Shown here: one piece after another, positions 24,024 through 24,942 of the stretch | How the letters are laid out: each line of letters opens with the position of its first letter | How positions within the stretch are numbered: the stretch's first letter is position 1 | Origin: a virus | Length of the DNA: 24,942 nucleotides | Virus record (IMG/VR): IMGVR_UViG_3300037063_000214 | Strand: one strand, 5' to 3' | Notes under the pieces: model-generated | Seen by the model: only the letters and a program-made list of their open reading frames with translations | Databases searched by the model: none | What the model was told of the DNA's origin: nothing | Translations under genes and position numbers: made by a program

Positions 24024-24942
24024 ATGATCACCGCACTTGACACCCAAAACTGGTCATCTGAACTTGTTACAGGGAACGCTGAGTTTATTCAGCTCCCTAA
24101 TGGTAATATTTGGGATGGATCTCCCACACTTTATATCATAAGCAATGTTCGAACAGATAATTCTTTTGTTGTTTTAAAAGCGAATCCATCTCCTCCAACT
24201 CCAGGATACGGTTCTTCTTTTACTTCTGTAGCATCTTATACATTTCCTCAACCAAATATTTCGTTTGATCCGGTTGCAGCTTTCGACAATACTACGGGTT
24301 ATATTCATATTGTAGGAATGAGGAATACTCCAACTTTAGAGGCTCCGTTTTACAACCCAAATCAAGTAGACTTGATAAAATTTACTTATCATGTGGGGAC
24401 AGGTACGCTATTAGGACCAATTGTTTTAAACACGGGGTCTAGAATTCGAGGAGCTTACGATGCTGTTGTACTGGCAAATACAGATTATGCAGTAGCTGTT
24501 TGCCTGGTCAACGACATAACTTTAGGAGAAAGTTTAGAGGTATTGGAGCTAACATCATCCGATGTCCTGGTCTCTCAAACCACAATAGCTAGTTCACCAA
24601 CTAGGTCTGGTGATGGGTATGATGCTGTATCTATCGTGACGCCAGGGAGTAATAATTTGGAACTGTACTATGAAACTCACCCAAAAGTTATTACATTTAA
24701 CGATCAAATATTTTCGATCAACTTCATTAATCGAACCTCCGGTGTTTGGAATTCTTTTTCTACAGTTTTGACTCAATACAGCGGACGTTATGCTGATAAT
24801 CGATTAACAGTGATAGCAGATAATGCAGGAAATCGATATATGGCACAAATATTTTGGTCTCAACAAAATCACCCCGATGGAATTGTGGGTAATGCTTTTT
24901 TAGGTTATAAACCATCTGGTTTATCTTGGGGTTTTAACACTA
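24024..24942 (+). CDS. 5' part of a large hypothetical protein, possibly structural. It is open to the window end at 306+ aa and is absent from the ORF track because no stop lies within the window.
   Basis: ATG at 24024 follows a gaggaaat RBS. No stop codon occurs in frame through 24942. Confidence 0.55.
   Translation, partial: MITALDTQNWSSELVTGNAEFIQLPNGNIWDGSPTLYIISNVRTDNSFVVLKANPSPPTPGYGSSFTSVASYTFPQPNISFDPVAAFDNTTGYIHIVGMRNTPTLEAPFYNPNQVDLIKFTYHVGTGTLLGPIVLNTGSRIRGAYDAVVLANTDYAVAVCLVNDITLGESLEVLELTSSDVLVSQTTIASSPTRSGDGYDAVSIVTPGSNNLELYYETHPKVITFNDQIFSINFINRTSGVWNSFSTVLTQYSGRYADNRLTVIADNAGNRYMAQIFWSQQNHPDGIVGNAFLGYKPSGLSWGFNT

Noticed and set aside
165-24776. All minus-strand ORFs in the track, for example 165-470, 1665-2072, 1984-2283, 9572-9913, 10019-10399, 11673-12026 and 23339-23656.
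   Set aside because: Each is fully overlapped by a better-supported + strand gene or by tRNA genes. None has a credible RBS, and several run antisense through tRNAs. They are treated as shadow ORFs.

Overview
The window looks like a phage genome segment. It is 42-45% GC by eye, every supportable gene is on the + strand, and it contains a family-A DNA polymerase, two DNA methyltransferases, a tail-fibre-like C-terminus and tRNA clusters. From left to right it reads as follows. It opens with the 3' end of a repeat-containing structural (tail-fibre-like) gene. Small early-type genes come next. A tRNA cluster follows with Tyr(GTA), Leu(GAG), Leu(TAG), Leu(CAG) and Leu(CAA). Two small genes each sit behind an identical 31-bp promoter-like box. 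Two tandem paralogous classic-AAA ATPases are followed by a 380-aa acidic protein and a NADAR-family (YbiA-like) hydrolase. A second tRNA cluster carries three proline-type tRNAs (CGG, GGG, TGG) with unusual architecture. The most striking gene is a domain-1-less class-I release-factor homologue (RF-H/PrfH-like, GGQ motif). Its reading frame is interrupted at a prfB-style +1 frameshift site (GGAGGGG-T-CTT-TGA). It is immediately followed by a minimal Rnl2-family RNA ligase (KYDGSN / VFCEFFG / EGVVAK / KIK motifs). Further along come tRNA-Met(CAT), a GC-rich TnpB (IS200/IS605 OrfB) insertion, a lipoprotein and a long structured leader. Then follow the family-A DNA polymerase with its 3'-5' exonuclease domain, a minimal C5-MTase-like protein, and a 664-aa protein with six tandem zinc-ribbon repeats plus a Vsr-like nuclease motif. 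The window ends with an 878-aa protein carrying a Pro/Gly-rich linker, a DPPY amino-methyltransferase and the start of another large structural-type ORF. The best candidate for an undescribed system is the release-factor/RNA-ligase pair together with its own tRNA sets. It reads as a phage-borne ribosome/RNA-repair module analogous to bacterial RtcB2-PrfH, but it uses an ATP-dependent Rnl2-type ligase and a programmed frameshift. All calls rest on motif reading by eye; no database searches were run.
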